Below, piece after piece: positions 51,744-64,000 of a DNA stretch of 64,000 bases. Position 1 is the stretch's first letter. The number at the start of each line of letters is the position of its first letter. Origin of the DNA: Ruditapes philippinarum (taxonomy: Eukaryota); NCBI RefSeq assembly GCF_026571515.1, contig NW_026855039.1:1-64000 (forward strand), in the 5' to 3' direction. The position numbers were made by a program, and so were the translations under genes. The notes below the pieces were generated by a model. The model saw only the letters and a list, made by a program, of their open reading frames with translations. It did no database searches and had not been told where the DNA came from.

Positions 51744-53834
51744 TAATTTTATTACCCTTCCCCTGCCGAGTTTAGACGATTTTTTTAAAATCATTGCTGT
51801 TTCAAATGAAACGTCGAAATAAGATTCCCTTTAAGGGTACCTCTTCATCACAACATGACGTCACATAAATACATGACGTATTTTTCCCGTACCTACCGAA
51901 TGTAAACAAGAGAAAAGGAGTAGTCTATTGAAAGCATTTTTTTGTAATTAATATCAAGCTTTCACAAGGTCATATTTGTTTTCTATACTGATGGGAATTT
52001 GTATCATTACTCTATTTTGGTAAATATTTATCATTTGACAGTTAAAAAGTGCTTGTAAATCGGAATTTACACCGCGTAAAATCGAACCGTACGCGCATCA
52101 CCTCAGCGCATGTCGTTTACAACGTTGGGTACCCAACGGGGAAATTTAGTGTGTATATTACCCGTCTGGCTCGGTTATATCAATTTCTTTCGGGTGATCA
52201 ATATCCAATCAAAAGGGCGGAAAAAATCTGGCAGGGTAATAAATCTTTTTATCACTCCTATCGGTAAATGCCGGTCTCTCCCGGTCTATTTTGACCAGGA
52301 TTTACTAGTGACCGGCGAATAGTACCACACGTTTATTGTCCGGTCTCTCCCGATTTTGGAGTAGATGTTTGATATCGTTACAATTGGAAAAAAACAACAA
52401 TAGCATGTTTCATTTTATCTATATGAGATAAAAACAATAAATATGTACACGGATTTATATGTAATATAAATCCGTGATATGTACAATAATTGAGAAAAAA
52501 GGTACATTTTTTATGGTATTAAAATGACATTATCAACTTTGAAACATTTTATTTAATTATTCAATTTGTTATCCGTGTTTAGTAAAGATGCCGAGGAATT
52601 ATTCAAAGTTACAAATTAGATTTTATGAATTATTCAATTGATCGATAATTTAAAAAATGATAAAGAAAAATACAATGTACATGTACATGGTTTAAGAATA
52701 AACAATATTATATATTGAAAGATAAACCATAATTTACTGACTTTTTCCAGTTAAGCTTTTACTTATAATCGTCGGTCAATATGACAATTGAATTCTTAAA
52801 ATTTATTTTACAATTTTAATAAAAAAGAGTAGTAAAAACTCAGTATTAAAATAGCACATAAAACACAAAAAAGAATAAAAGAAAACAATATTCATAAAAT
52901 TTGTATTTTTTTTAAATTAAAATTAATAGATATTACAATTATTGTATAATAAACAATTATGCTCAACATGATCAACATGGTAATATAACCAGTGTCATAT
53001 TTTTACTAACTTAAAGTGTGAACAGATACCTTAAGGGGGTCTTCGCTAATAGCGATTACATGTACATAATAAGGGACAAATGTGTGGTACGTGTTGATCA
53101 TGCGTTACACATATGGATTATAAATGATTGCATACATGTATATCCGTTGCTATTAATAACCACGATCATAAAGAAATAACAAGTAATATTCTAATCTCTA
53201 GCATGCCAATCAAAGTTCATAATGAACAATGTCTTTCGTCCGCTCATTCATAAGTGGTATACATTTCTGGTAGTTTATAAGAATATCTTGTCATCATATG
53301 TGTACTAGTTCATCTTCACTTGCTGCATTTCTTGCTTGGACGCCCTTTGATGCTTTGCATCAATGCTTTTCTTGTATTGATTAAAATGTCTCAGTAATTT
53401 AATCCACGTGAAAATTGTATGTCTATTATTCTGCTATTTTAAGTGAGGTTTCACCCATTTAGCAAAGATTTGAGTGTTACTGCAGTATGCTTAAGTAAAG
53501 TTAGAATGTCACAATTGTAAAACTTGAATAGAGATTATGTGCTGAAATCATAACATACCTGTTACACACTGTCTGCATGTTTTAAACTGTTATATACATG
53601 TAATCTATAGTATTTATATTATAAAGTATTAGTGTATTTGAATTCACTGATTAATAAAATTGCACCAAAAATCCAGAACTTTGAAGCCCTTGAAAATTTC
53701 TACATAATTATACAGTGTTAAATCATTATTAACATCAAAATTTTCTACTTGGAAGTCATTTAAACAGAATTGCTACTACACTGAATTAACAAATGTATAA
53801 GTAACAAAGTCTGTTTTATATATTTACACTACAG

Positions 53835-54581
53835 TGAACAGAACGTGTCTCCAGTGTTGCATGGTCCACCGTGTATGCTTCATGGTCCATTCCAAACGGG
53901 CCTGGTAATGTCGACGCGTCAAGGGGATACGTATGCAAGGTTTTCTCGACCGCAAATTACCTTCATGCAGCCTTCTACTTATCGTCTACATAGAATAACG
54001 GACTCCCAAAGTATTAGCAAGGTCATTTCGAAGAGAAGTTGCTGCCGACAACCTTGCACGACCTTGAACGACCAAGAACCGGTTCTGAGCTTGTGCTGTG
54101 ACATTTTGCCGACCTCTAGTATACCTCCTGGCGGGTGTACCATGTAGCTGGTATCTCTCACAGGCTCTGGTGGTGACGGTGTGGTTTACACCTAGCGCCG
54201 GACCAACGTCGCGGAAGCTGCCCCACCCCATCTGCTGCACCATCTTTTCAGCCCTCATAACTCTGCTTCTCTCAAATGCCGCCTAATGTTAGCATTTGCC
54301 ATTCAAAGTGACAGATGCCACTTAATGACAATAAGCCGGTAATGTCGCCGTATTACAAGACAGGTGATTGTACACCCAAACAAAAAGATGAAAATATTGG
54401 GTATATGCTTTCCATGCTACTTAGACGAGTTGTAACGGATTAGTCAACACGGTTCATGTCAAGGGACTATCTCAAAACATTGCTGAATCAGAATTTTCAA
54501 AAAATGGAAAGAAATCTTTTATACTTGTGATAATATAAAAATTAACTTATGGTTCTTAGCAAAAATTGTTGAGTGGTATAT
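53835..54581 (-). mobile_element. Truncated, decayed Tc1/mariner element (N-terminal transposase part)
   Basis: HTH-like SFRDVGPALGVNHTV...GRQNVTAQAQNRFL, and WRHVLFT cut just before the first catalytic Asp; TA-flanked putative end at ~54580. Confidence 0.75.
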
Positions 54582-57500
54582 TTAAAGCTTAGACATGATG
54601 ATAAGCGAGGATACTGAAAGGTTAAATTACACATTGTTGAGTACAATACTGAAAGGTTATTACTCATTGTGAGTACAATACGAAAGTCTCTCTTAATGCT
54701 CTCAAAAATGCAGAATGACTTTTTTCTATTACACCACCATACAATATATGAACTTATTTTAGTATCGGATATAGTTAGAATGTGCGTTCATGGACATTAC
54801 CGTCCATGAACAGGCCCTGAAACATTTTCAATTTTGCCGTGTTGGGCTTTCGTTAGGGATTCTTATTTTCTCTATTCTATACCTAAAGCTAAGTATGGTG
54901 CGATCCTTAAGTATTTGTTTTCATTGTGCATGTGTATTTCGTGGGTTTGCGGAACATTCTTACAACACAGTTTTTGTAATAAAATAATAATTTTTTTATA
55001 CACATTCTAGCTGAATATTTTAACTTTTTACATTATTCTTCACATGACACACACTCATCGTCTCTTGGAATACAACTTTTTAAAGATGCATAATTCAATG
55101 AATTTTCTTTGTTTTCTGTTTCCAATAATGTTACAAATTTCACAATAATATTCCGTTTGATATACAATTGACTCTCGATAAGTCAAAATCGCCTTACTCA
55201 AAAATCAGCGTCAGAATTTCTAAAGTCACGTCAAATTTCATTCTTTATCTTCTGTATCTTTATACTTTAACCCCGCTTAGGTCAAATTTTGACTCACCGA
55301 GACTCCTGTATTTTGTAGCCACATATTCAGATATGTAATAGATTCGTTTCAGTGATTCGGATACAGCAACAAATGCTGTCGATAATCTTATCATTCCCTT
55401 ATACAAAAACATAACAGATACAGATTAATATAATAACGATTGATTCATTTGATTTGTAATATGTACTTCCAAATATAAGAGTTATTCCGATATATTTGTT
55501 GTTGTTTCTGGCTATAGTAGATTAGGGAATGGTTGATTTACTCTCGACATAAAAGTTAACTGGCTGACAATCCATTGATAACTACTTTGAAATGATGAAA
55601 AACCTTGCTGAGAGTAAGTCAAATGGTTGAAAAACTGGCTTGGAATCAATTGTTAACTTCTGAAAAATACCTATATTCAGCGTAAGCAGGATTTTGAAAG
55701 GATCTCCACTAAAGCCTAAAATATTCTTAATACTAAGAATTAAATTGAATATGGATTTTTGTGTGATTCTAAGCAGGATTTGAGCGAGAAATGTTGCAGC
55801 GCATTTCCTTTTTAGGTCATGTTGCATAACATATAACAATAAAAATATTATTATGGAAAAATGGTTGAGTGAATCACACAAGGAGTCACGAGTGGAGTCC
55901 CAAATGAAATATGTTTATAAATTTGTAAAACAGTAAAATTATATTTTTTTCCATAATAATCTAAAGAGAATAAAGGTATCTTGTGAAATCTAAAAAATAT
56001 ATCAACAGTAATATAAACTATTATTATATTCATTCCACAGTCTTATGGTTGATTCTCAAAAGATTTATAACATAAAATGTCTCTAATGTTTAATACAGAT
56101 ACATATTGTACAACAAAATAATTAAATGTTCAGAACAAAATAATTTGCTGCTAAGTAAGTAGGATTTAAATCGTTTAGCGATGATGTTACGAAAGTGCCA
56201 TTGGTTGAATTAACTATATATTAACATATTTCTTTCATATATATTTTTTGGAAATATTCTCACATCAAATTTCAAAAAGGCTTTTTAAAGTACTGACAGG
56301 GGATATACGAGTTATATACACTTTAATTGTGTTTTTAAGTGAAGTTCTTGCACGATTATGGTTGTAATTGCATTAATAATTCTCGAAATGCATGTGTAAA
56401 GCAATCACACCTGCACGAATGAAATGTCATAAAATATAATCCAATATGTATGTTATATATTTTTGTTGACTTTTTTTCGGGACTTAAATATCATTTTTTA
56501 GCTGAAACAGAGCCATTTCTAAAACAAAGGGAAAATTACAGAAAAAGTTTTTTCTCTTTCTTACGAGAACAACACAATGAAGATAAATATTTGAAATTAT
56601 TTTGTATACAGTGTCATGTAAGACAGAGTTAGAATGAATGTTTTTCAGTATTCACTGTGATAATGTTTAAGCCTGCAATGTGTAAACATGTACATTTGAT
56701 TTAATATAACTTCATTTTAACTTGTCTTTGAGAGACGTCAGTGGCTAATAGATAAAAGGTTTTGACTTCAAACCACATGCCTCTCACCGCTGTGGGTTTG
56801 AAACCTGCCAGGGACTTTGGACTGTTTAATGTGAGGAAGTCGGAGTTTATACTCTGGTGCCTGAATAAATGCATTGAGGGGCGACATAGATCTAACTTCA
56901 CCTGGAAAGTGGCCATATTATGGTGTGCTTTAAAAGCCAACATCAAAACAACAACAAAAACAAACTCCAGCTGTTCTTTGTTTTGTTAAACTTTGGTCAG
57001 ATATGTTGTACATGTATATGTATATCTATTTTATAACAAATTTATTTATATCTGATGAGAGGCATTTATCATTTTTATTTATTTGTGTCAACATTCTTTT
57101 ATGCGCAACATAATTTATTATTTAAAATTTATTTTTAGATATTTTGTATGTGTAATTTTACTTGGTCTTACGGCACACCACTATTGATGAATAGCATAAG
57201 ATTGGAGTACATACAGTAATTGTTGGTCATATTAAGTCAGATAAAATGATGTAAGTCTTATTGTGTCAGAGCTTAGAAATTTGGCATTAAGCATTGCTCT
57301 GTGGACATACCTGATAATGAGTCATGCCCCTGTTTGCCCCAGAATTCAATCAATATAGACTTTATATAGACATGATAGATAAGCCCGTTCTAAGAAAATT
57401 CTTATCGTGTGAAACAACATTACCCAGGACTTGGATATTGGCATGTGGTATTGACTTGTGAACCTCCATAAAATTGGTTTGTGGGTCAATATTGGCCGAA

Positions 57501-58472
57501 TCCCAGGTGTTGCTTAATTTATTTAGAAATATTTAGGTAAACACATTGAGTCTTATTGTGTGAAATTGCAAAACCCAGAGCTAAAAAATTTGTCCTGCTC
57601 CTAGGGTCAATTTTTGCCATGCCAAGGGTGTTGCAAAATTTATATAGGAAAAATTAAGTTAAGCTAAGATATTTGGCTTGTATTACTGCCTTTAAGACCT
57701 CTTCAAAACTGAAATACCGTAAATCATGCCCCTTGGGTAAATTTTGGCCAATCCCTGGGGTCACTTGATTCATATAGATTTATATGGAAAAATAATTAAG
57801 TATTACCATGGTCTTCGATCAACTTTGTTTAAACCTTTAAAATATTATCCTTTGAATACTTATTATACATTTAAAATGCTCATAACTTACGTGTTTGGTG
57901 AGAAGTATGGTCTTCTGAGCTATGAAGAAAGTGACGAACGTTTGATAAGAAATTATTTTGTTCATTTTCAATTTACATTTTGATCTATATATGTAAAGGT
58001 ATGTCTAAAACAACAACAAACGAAGTTATTAAATTATCCTTTGCAAACGGAACAAAAATACAATCGGGGTTTGAATCTTATGAATTACTGATAAAATGGC
58101 TTAAAATTTCCTGTTTAATTGCTAAGTTGGAAAATATATCTTCAGACAAAACAAAATAAAACGCTTTGCTGATACACTATCATAGTATTAAATGTTTCAT
58201 TGTCATATACGTAACAGCATACGGCGCTTAATTTAATACAGAAATTACTTAGATGCCTATTAATAAACATTGATATCTGAACTTGACGCAGTGTTTTTTT
58301 TATGTTTTTAAAAGGCACACAATGCCTGAATAATCCATATTTTTATTCTTTGGAAATGTCAAACATGTGTTTTTTAACGGATTTTGAACATGTTAGATGT
58401 TTAACGGCAAAAGAAAGTACATGTAGTAGCAGTATTTGACTTCCATACAAAATACCAATTATACCAAATGTA

Positions 58473-59685
58473 TGGTGGCACAATGGCGACATGTGTGTGT
58501 TTTTGTTTATCTCGTGTGCACGAGATACTATGTCATGGCCACGAGTTACTATGTCGTGGCCACGAGTTACTAAGTCATGGCCACGAGTTACTAAGTCGTG
58601 ACAACGAGGTAATTAAGTCGTGGACACGAGATACTATGTCATGGCTACGAGAAACTAAGTCGTGGACACAAGATAGATAAGTGGTGGCAACGAGATACTA
58701 TGTCGTGGCTCCGAGTTACTAAATCGTGGGCACGAGATAAATAAGTGATAACATGATCTTTCCTTGTTATATAAACCATGGCTTATTTCTTCTAAATTAT
58801 TCATCAGACAAGGATAGTACATGAAGTGTCAGGGTAACCTTGACCCTTGACCTCAAACATCCTTAAAGGTTATCTACTGTCCATGGGCAAAATCCCTACT
58901 AAATAAAGTTATCGTATAAACAAGGTAAACAGGTCGTATTACGTACAAACTGATCAATTCTATTACAGAATTGTGCCCACAAACGGCTTTAACTTAGTCA
59001 AAATTAATGTCTGAATTATGGTCATTGGAAGGTGACTTTCTGATATGATCCTTAACCCATGTATCAAGTTTAAAGTGAATATTTTCAGTATTTTCAAATA
59101 TTATTGTTGCATATAAAACTTTAAGTAGAAAGTCTAAGTTAAAAAAAACTTCAATATAAATATAGTGTAATTTGATTGGTTAATTATCTCGTGCCCACGA
59201 CTTAGTTATCTCGTTCCAACGACTTAGTAACTCGTGGCCACGACATAGTATCTCGTTCCAACGACTTACTTATCTCGTGCCCACGTCTTAGTAACTCGTA
59301 GCCACGACATAGTATCTCGTTCCAACGACTTATTTATCTCGTGCCAACGGCTTAGTAACTCGTGGCCATGACATAGTATCTCGTTCCCACGATTTATTTA
59401 TCTCATGCCACTGGCTTAGTAACTCGTGGCCATGACATAGTATCTCGTTCCCACGACTTACTTATCTCGTGCCCACTACTTAGTAACTCGTAGCCACGAC
59501 ATAGTACCTCGTTCCCACGACTTATTTATCTCGTGCCAATGGCTTAGTAACTCGTGGCCATGACATGGTATCTCGTGCCCACGACTTAATTAACTCGTGG
59601 TCACGACTAAGTAACTCGTGGCCACGACATAGTATCTCGTGCGCGCGAGATATATAAAATCATACATGTCACCTTTGTGCCACCG
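58473..59685. mobile_element. Foldback-like MITE whose arms are inverted arrays of a 21-bp repeat
   Basis: GGTGGCACAA.GG.GACATGT at both ends in inverted orientation; CACGAGATACTATGTCGTGGC units at 58519-58740 and their complements at 59185-59650. Confidence 0.85.
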
Positions 59686-60299
59686 GTTAATGCCAACAAA
59701 GCATAAGAATTAAAAGATAGTTCATCTATATGGCAAATGATTTTTTTTAAAACTGTAACAAGACACACATCTCGGTTCTTTCCGTCACACGTGGAACTTA
59801 TGAATGATAGCCGAGATGTTCCGATTTGTAAAGATATTAGCCTTTTTGAGGCATAATTTAACCATTTATTAAAACTGTTAAAGAGATCAAAATTATCAAT
59901 TCCACTGCATTTTCAGCATCTAGGAAACACACAATGGACTTCTGTTTAGTAAGCATCTATGCCATTTGGACTGCTGTCAGAGCACTATAATCTTATTTTC
60001 AAACCTTTGTGTTTAGCCGACCTGTCAGTTTTATTTTATTGAGCGTACATGTGCATGAAATGACAAGTACTAGAATACATGTTACTATGGTACCTACATT
60101 GTAACTATTCAAGAATGTTTTTTGTGATAATGACGGGGCTGGACAAGGTACATATTCTCTTTTTTAAAAATTCCTATTCTCAAATAATTTGCAAAAAATT
60201 ATTCAGAATGGCCAGAATGACAAATTTTTAATACCGAGTGTTACCGCCACGTGTCCTGGTGATAGCTTCAACCCTTCTCCTAACACCCGGGCGTTTTGC

Positions 60300-60530
60300 C
60301 TCAGTTTTGACATGTTCACAACTGAAATTTTAAATTTTGTTTGGGCAATGGTACAAACAATTTGTTGTCAACCTGCAACAATTGGAACAAACTATGCACA
60401 AAGAATGGCAAAATTTACCTCAAAATGCTTTAGACGCCTTACTGGTAGTATGAGGAGGGTTCAGGCTATCATCCGTGCATGTAGGGGTTACACGCTATCA
60501 TCCGTGCATGTAGGGGTTACACACCTTTTT
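60300..60530 (+). mobile_element. Tc1 transposase C-terminal remnant
   Basis: RRLTGSMRRVQAIIRACRGYT resembles the Tc1 C-terminal SMRRRxxAVIxAxGGxTxY motif. Confidence 0.6.
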
Positions 60531-61149
60531 AAAAGTTTGGCTACATAATGTCATGGTTACGTAATCGTCAACTTTTTTTTCCAAAAATACCACCAGTTAA
60601 TGTTTTGTAAACGCTCCAACACCATACTAATGAATTCTTAATATTTAGTAAAAAACAACACATTTGTTAATGCTTCAATAATTTGGTTAAGAATTGCTAA
60701 ACTCATAAATTTATTGGTTTATAATAACTAAATTTGTATCGCTTCTTATCACATTGCTATTTCTTAGCTCAATTATGTCGTCATCGCATGACAGTGCTTT
60801 CAATCACACATTTTTCCAGGTGTATAGTTTTCCTTTTGTAAAATTCTGCATTTGCTTGAACAATATTAAAACAAGTAAATGTAAAATAACTGAATTAAAA
60901 ATAAAACTTAAAAAAGCAAAAGAGAAAACAAAACAAACAAAAACAACAACAAACACAACTATGTAGTAAACATATGTTACTGGGTGAGAAATAAATGCAG
61001 CCTGTCCGGGACTTGAACCCGAAACTCTTCGACACTGTGCCGCAGCTTTACAGACTGGGACATATATGACTTCTTTTAGTTAGTGAACAGATATTAGAAA
61101 TGAAAAATATGTTTTAGGATATTATGTTAGTTCCTTATAAACGTTCGGT

Positions 61150-61617
61150 CAAGTTTTTTTTCTGTTGTCATTTATTCAACGATACCAGAGTTTTCGTGTT
61201 CATTTGTCTCTTTATTTGTAAGTCCAAATACTGATTCTATGTCGCGATTTGAGAAATTTTTAAACCCCATACTTTTGATAGCCCCTGGGAAACCTCCGTC
61301 GAAACTTGTGTGTATATGACACGATTCTTTTTAATAGGATGAAAACCCATTAAGGGTTCAGAAAAAAAACGGTAATGAATTTTATTCGCTACTTTTGCGC
61401 CAATTTTGATTGCACCACCACAGCTATATCGAAGAACAACTGTTAAATTACACGGAGAACTTTCCTTTTTGAGTAGTAACTCTGGAATTACGTTTATAAC
61501 GTTGTCGTCTTGGTGTAGTTATCTTATTTGAAAATCTCGTTCAAACCAAAAACTTACAATAATGACTGTACTAGATTTATGTAGTCCTAGGCATTTAGGG
61601 AGTTCCAACTCTTCAAA
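61150..61617 (-). pseudogene. 3' fragment of a BTB-BACK paralogue
   Basis: Aligns to ~61900-62383; homology stops abruptly after GGGAGTTCCAACTCTTCAA. Confidence 0.85.
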
Positions 61618-61928
61618 AAATTATAAAGTAATATCGTTTGAAAATACAAGAGCTAATATTTTGTACTGCGGACCTTTAGGAAATTGATATCAATCAAGCC
61701 TATTTGCTTGATAATAGACTAACATAGGAAACCATTTATTGCGTGTATTTCAAATGCCAAGAGCTAGGGCTTTTTTGCATATAGAAGAGACCTATACATT
61801 TTTACTAAATTAGTGAACAGTTTTATACCATTACATAAGAAAGAAAAAACATGTTAAAATGGTATGTTTTAGGAAAATATGTTATTTCACTTGAACTGAT
61901 CGGTCAAGTATTCCCTTCCTGCTATCTT

Positions 61929-63264
61929 TTATTCTACTGTACCAGAGTTTTCTTGTACGTTTTTCTGTTCATTTGCGCTTTTATTTGTAAGTCCAAGTAC
62001 TGGTTCTATGTCACGATTTGAGAAATTTTTAAACCCCATACTTTTGATAGCCCCTGGGAAACCTTCAACATAACTTGTGCGTATATGACAAAAATTTTGT
62101 TTAGCAGCAGGCAAATGTTTTGAGGCTTCAGAAAAATCACGATAAGGTTTCTTTGCTACCTTTTCGCCAATTCCGATTGCACCACCACAGCTATATCGAA
62201 GGACAACTTTTAAATTATACGGAGAACTTTCCTTTTTGAGTATTAACTCTGGAATTACATTAATAACGTTGTCATCTTGGTGCAGTTGTCTTATTTGAAA
62301 ATCTTGTGTAAAGCTAAGACTTTCAATAGCGACACTGCATGATATATCAAGACTCAGGTTTTCCGGGAGTTCTAACTCTTCAATTGGCTCTAAAACGTAT
62401 CCTTTAATTTCTTGCAGTAATATTGACTTCACTTGTACAATTGTACCCCGATACACGTTTATATCGTTTTGAGATATTCTTTGAGTTTGTTTGTAAAACT
62501 CGTCTTCAGACCATGCAGACGGAGAATACAGAGACTTTCTCAATTGTTCATACGGACAAAATTTTCCAAGAACAACATTTGATAAACACACATCTCTTTC
62601 TACATCTATTAGAACTGTACTGGAAATGCTGTTACGTATGTATTTGTCCTCTTCTTTTGCAGCACACCCTATTATCACTGTTTCTGTCTCCCGAATACGC
62701 TTTACACTGGAATTTGTAGAAACGGAAACATCCGGAATCCTATTTATGTAACCTGAAATATCGGCATATTCTTCTACTGAGAAATATCCCTTTCTACTTA
62801 CACTTCTAAGTAATAATTCACTTGTCAAAGTTGGAACCCGAACTTGATAAAAACACTCGCCGAGATATTTACGGACATTCGTGCCGTTAACTTCTTCTTT
62901 ATTTTCTGCAATCTTCTTTCTTGCCCATTTATCAACTGCTTCAAATATCTTTGTTTCATCGGCATACAATGTATCACCTTTTAGAATGTAAAGGAGGCAT
63001 TTCTCATTCAGGTTCATAAAACTTTCAGATTCGAGGACTTCCAATGCATGGTTGTCGACAAAAGAACAGCAGGTGTCTCTCAGTGCAGTGAGGTCGTACA
63101 ACATCGCGTTATTGAGAACATCACATGCGTTTTCCGTTGTAATGACATTCATCAAAAAGTCTCCACAATATTGTACAAGACTAGAGACTTGATAGAAGTG
63201 AGCTATACGCAAAATATCAAACGCTGTTTCTACAGAAAGGTCCAGGGTTTCACTGTATATGTAC
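61929..63264 (-). CDS. BTB/POZ-BACK domain protein copy C, large last exon (first coding exon not in window)
   Basis: Same phase-2 acceptor (CTAG|GTAC) as copies A and B; open frame YIYSETLDLSVETAF...ENSGTVE*. Confidence 0.85.
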
Positions 63265-64000
63265 CTAGTGAAAAATGTAAAACGGTTTGAGTTAAGTAAC
63301 ATTGTTTATGCTTATAAGTTAAAGTAATAACACCATAACGTACATTCTAACAAACATAATATGATACATATGTACATTGTAAAACTATCTAATACCTAGG
63401 AAATTTAGATATTTCAAGGCCAATACGGCAAGATCTAGGTCATTATGCAATTTTTGTCGCCTTGCTTATTACTTTTTTCAATAATGGGCGAGTAAATGAA
63501 CGCACGTGTAAAATGACGTAATCAACTTTCAGTGACATTTAAGATAGCTGCTGACGTTGAACGAACTGTTAGATGACATAATCAAACACAGTATTGAAGA
63601 AGACCTTTTATCTCAAGAAAATATCCAATAACTGACTCCAAGCCAAATCATGATCCGAAAATGACTTCAGATTGACGATAGATCTACTCTATAAACATGA
63701 AAGGAGAAATTTCAAAAACGATATTAAAGCTAAAGAATTTCTTCTAGTTGAGTATATAGATCTAGATTTAGCGCTACATCTCGCGACAGATCTTAAGACA
63801 ATAACAGCCAATTTGCAACAAAAGAAGAACCATAACCATCAACAAGAAAGGGAAAGGATCGGGGATATCTAGACCTAGATTTATGACTTGACAACATCAG
63901 AACGTTCTGGAGCGCACAAACATGTAAGTTATAATGCACTTGAGCACTTGATTGTCCTATCTGTTTTATAGTGGGGGGGGATAATGTAAAGCGTGTAAGA

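Noticed and set aside
5857-63264. cGLR + ATG12 + BTB genes as a functional immune operon
   Set aside because: Proximity alone is not evidence in an animal genome; conserved synteny or co-expression data would be needed.
231-63872. Most 60-110 aa ORFs in the supplied track
   Set aside because: They are antisense shadows of real exons, repeat or TIR translations, or AT-rich chance frames without motifs.

Overview
AT-rich, intron-containing animal genomic DNA. The repeat content (Helentron-type non-autonomous elements with ~160-bp internal arrays, tRNA-SINEs, AcademH/Kolobok/Sola-like MITEs) points to a mollusc, most likely a bivalve; this is an inference. From left to right the window holds: (1) a young non-autonomous Gypsy-type LTR element (939-bp LTRs, CCTC target duplication) with a Gag-protease-C2H2 zinc-finger ORF, no pol, and five covarying RNA hairpins in each LTR; (2) an uninterrupted ankyrin-repeat/cGAS-like (Mab-21, cGLR) ORF; (3) a 7-exon coclaurine-NMT/cyclopropane-synthase-like methyltransferase lying head-to-head with a 4-exon ATG12; (4) a 10-exon gene with no recognisable family that the ORF track misses; (5) a segmentally duplicated cluster of BTB-BACK genes (one pseudogene, one intact copy, one 3' fragment, one copy whose first exon is not in the window). 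Many nested transposons are interspersed. The most unusual items are the LTR hairpin array with its Gag-PR-ZnF ORF and the ANK-cGLR. All coordinates and alignments were done by eye.
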